Below are positions 63,126 through 64,000 of a stretch of DNA of 64,000 nucleotides, piece after piece. The DNA is from Bigelowiella natans CCMP2755. Its lineage: Eukaryota > Protista > Cercozoa. A model generated the notes under the pieces. The model was not told where the DNA came from. It was given only the letters and a program-made list of their open reading frames with translations, and ran no database searches. Location: contig ADNK01001316.1 of assembly GCA_000320545.1 (NCBI GenBank), positions 22,663 to 86,662 on the forward strand. Reading direction: 5' to 3'. How positions within the stretch are numbered: the first letter of the stretch is position 1; the number at the start of each line of letters is the position of its first letter. A program made the translations under genes and the position numbers.

Positions 63126-64000
63126 GACTCGTCAGGTGTGATATCTTTCTTTTTCATCAAGTGCAATGTATCTTCTGCGTCCTGATGAGCAGTCGCAAAG
63201 ACGACGACGACGATGATGATGATAATGAAGGTAATGGTGATGGCGGCGATGATAAAAGAGAATGATATTGAAAACTAATTGAAGATGGTGGTAGAAGAGA
63301 AGGAGGGGGATATCGACGACGGTGCACATACGGCGTTCATCGTGTGAATGAGTAGCACAAGAAATCTGCTAGCAAGATTGCAGTACTATCACTTCCGCTA
63401 AAAAGTACTAATACGTTCTATCTGCTCTGCCCTCGTATAAATTTCCTCCATGTTTAAGATGCGACGACGTCGCGCACCACATCCGCTCATCATCATCATC
63501 ATTATCATCATCATTATCACCAATCCGAGAGCATTAGAAAGTAGCAGCAGCAGGTATTAAGATAGTAAGCACAGCACCTGAAACTTCCCTGCCTGCATTA
63601 GACTAGAGATCAGTGCATTGTACATAGGCCGGTCAATTCGTGCATCTCTTTCTCGCAGCGTTGCTATGACTCCTAATGCCTGCATGGGAGGAGGGGGGGG
63701 GAGGGGGGGGGGACGGACCCCACGACCACTGCAATGGTGTCGCTGGCCACCCCGACGAGATGGTCTTGTATTTGAGGCTGATAATGATTGCGATGACGGT
63801 AGATCAGAAAAGATGGACGGCGCGACTGTGCAATCTCACCCTTAAATTATATTGTAGACCCACGACTCTCGAAGTTCATACTGGATGCTATGCGTTTGCG
63901 CCATCTTCCGATGCTCCGTCCCCTCTATGAAGGTCTGATCAAACCTGTAGCGATGAAACCAGGTGCTGCTGCTACTTCTGCTAGTAAGACTTTAGCGCTA
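61800..64000 (-). CDS. Pentatricopeptide-repeat (PPR) exons; gene extends beyond the window
   Basis: PPR-like helices PMYNALISSLMQAG (~63600), YQALITAYANRTDTWKQALETFEDMKE (~62600), AALSTLKEMTNSTSMPSFVAYKDLLE (~62000). Confidence 0.7.

Overview
Eukaryotic nuclear DNA, gene-dense and intron-rich, with many microsatellites. It is most likely from a chlorarachniophyte/rhizarian alga; this is an inference from a plant/cyanobacterial-type oxidoreductase carrying a signal-peptide-led presequence, plus amoeboid-type signalling genes. By manual exon stitching I can support about 20 protein-coding genes: an RPA-interacting protein (5'-truncated), a DHHC palmitoyltransferase, calmodulin, an orphan 4-TM protein, PrimPol, a PTEN/C2-type probable pseudophosphatase, a PH-REM-RasGEF, a P2X receptor, a GT8 glycosyltransferase, a DUF1475-like membrane protein, an NAD(P)-binding atypical SDR, a 9-finger C2H2 protein, a Rolling-stone-like membrane protein, a degenerate class I methyltransferase, a Cys-rich type I membrane protein, a low-complexity orphan, a CDF metal transporter, a classical SDR, a G-alpha subunit, and a PPR/RRM locus (5'-truncated). 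I found no rRNA, tRNA, CRISPR array or autonomous transposon. The most striking signal is architectural. (1) At least 14 consecutive genes strictly alternate strand. (2) Every 3'-side intergenic gap is a tract rich in short palindromes (CATG/CTAG/TGCA, including six exact CATGCTAGCATG), whereas head-to-head gaps are not. (3) A dispersed ~50-bp bipartite element (GATGACMATTGAAAA...CATTACATCCGTCTCA) occurs only in those tracts. Exon boundaries are by eye and approximate; family calls rest on recalled motifs, not database searches.
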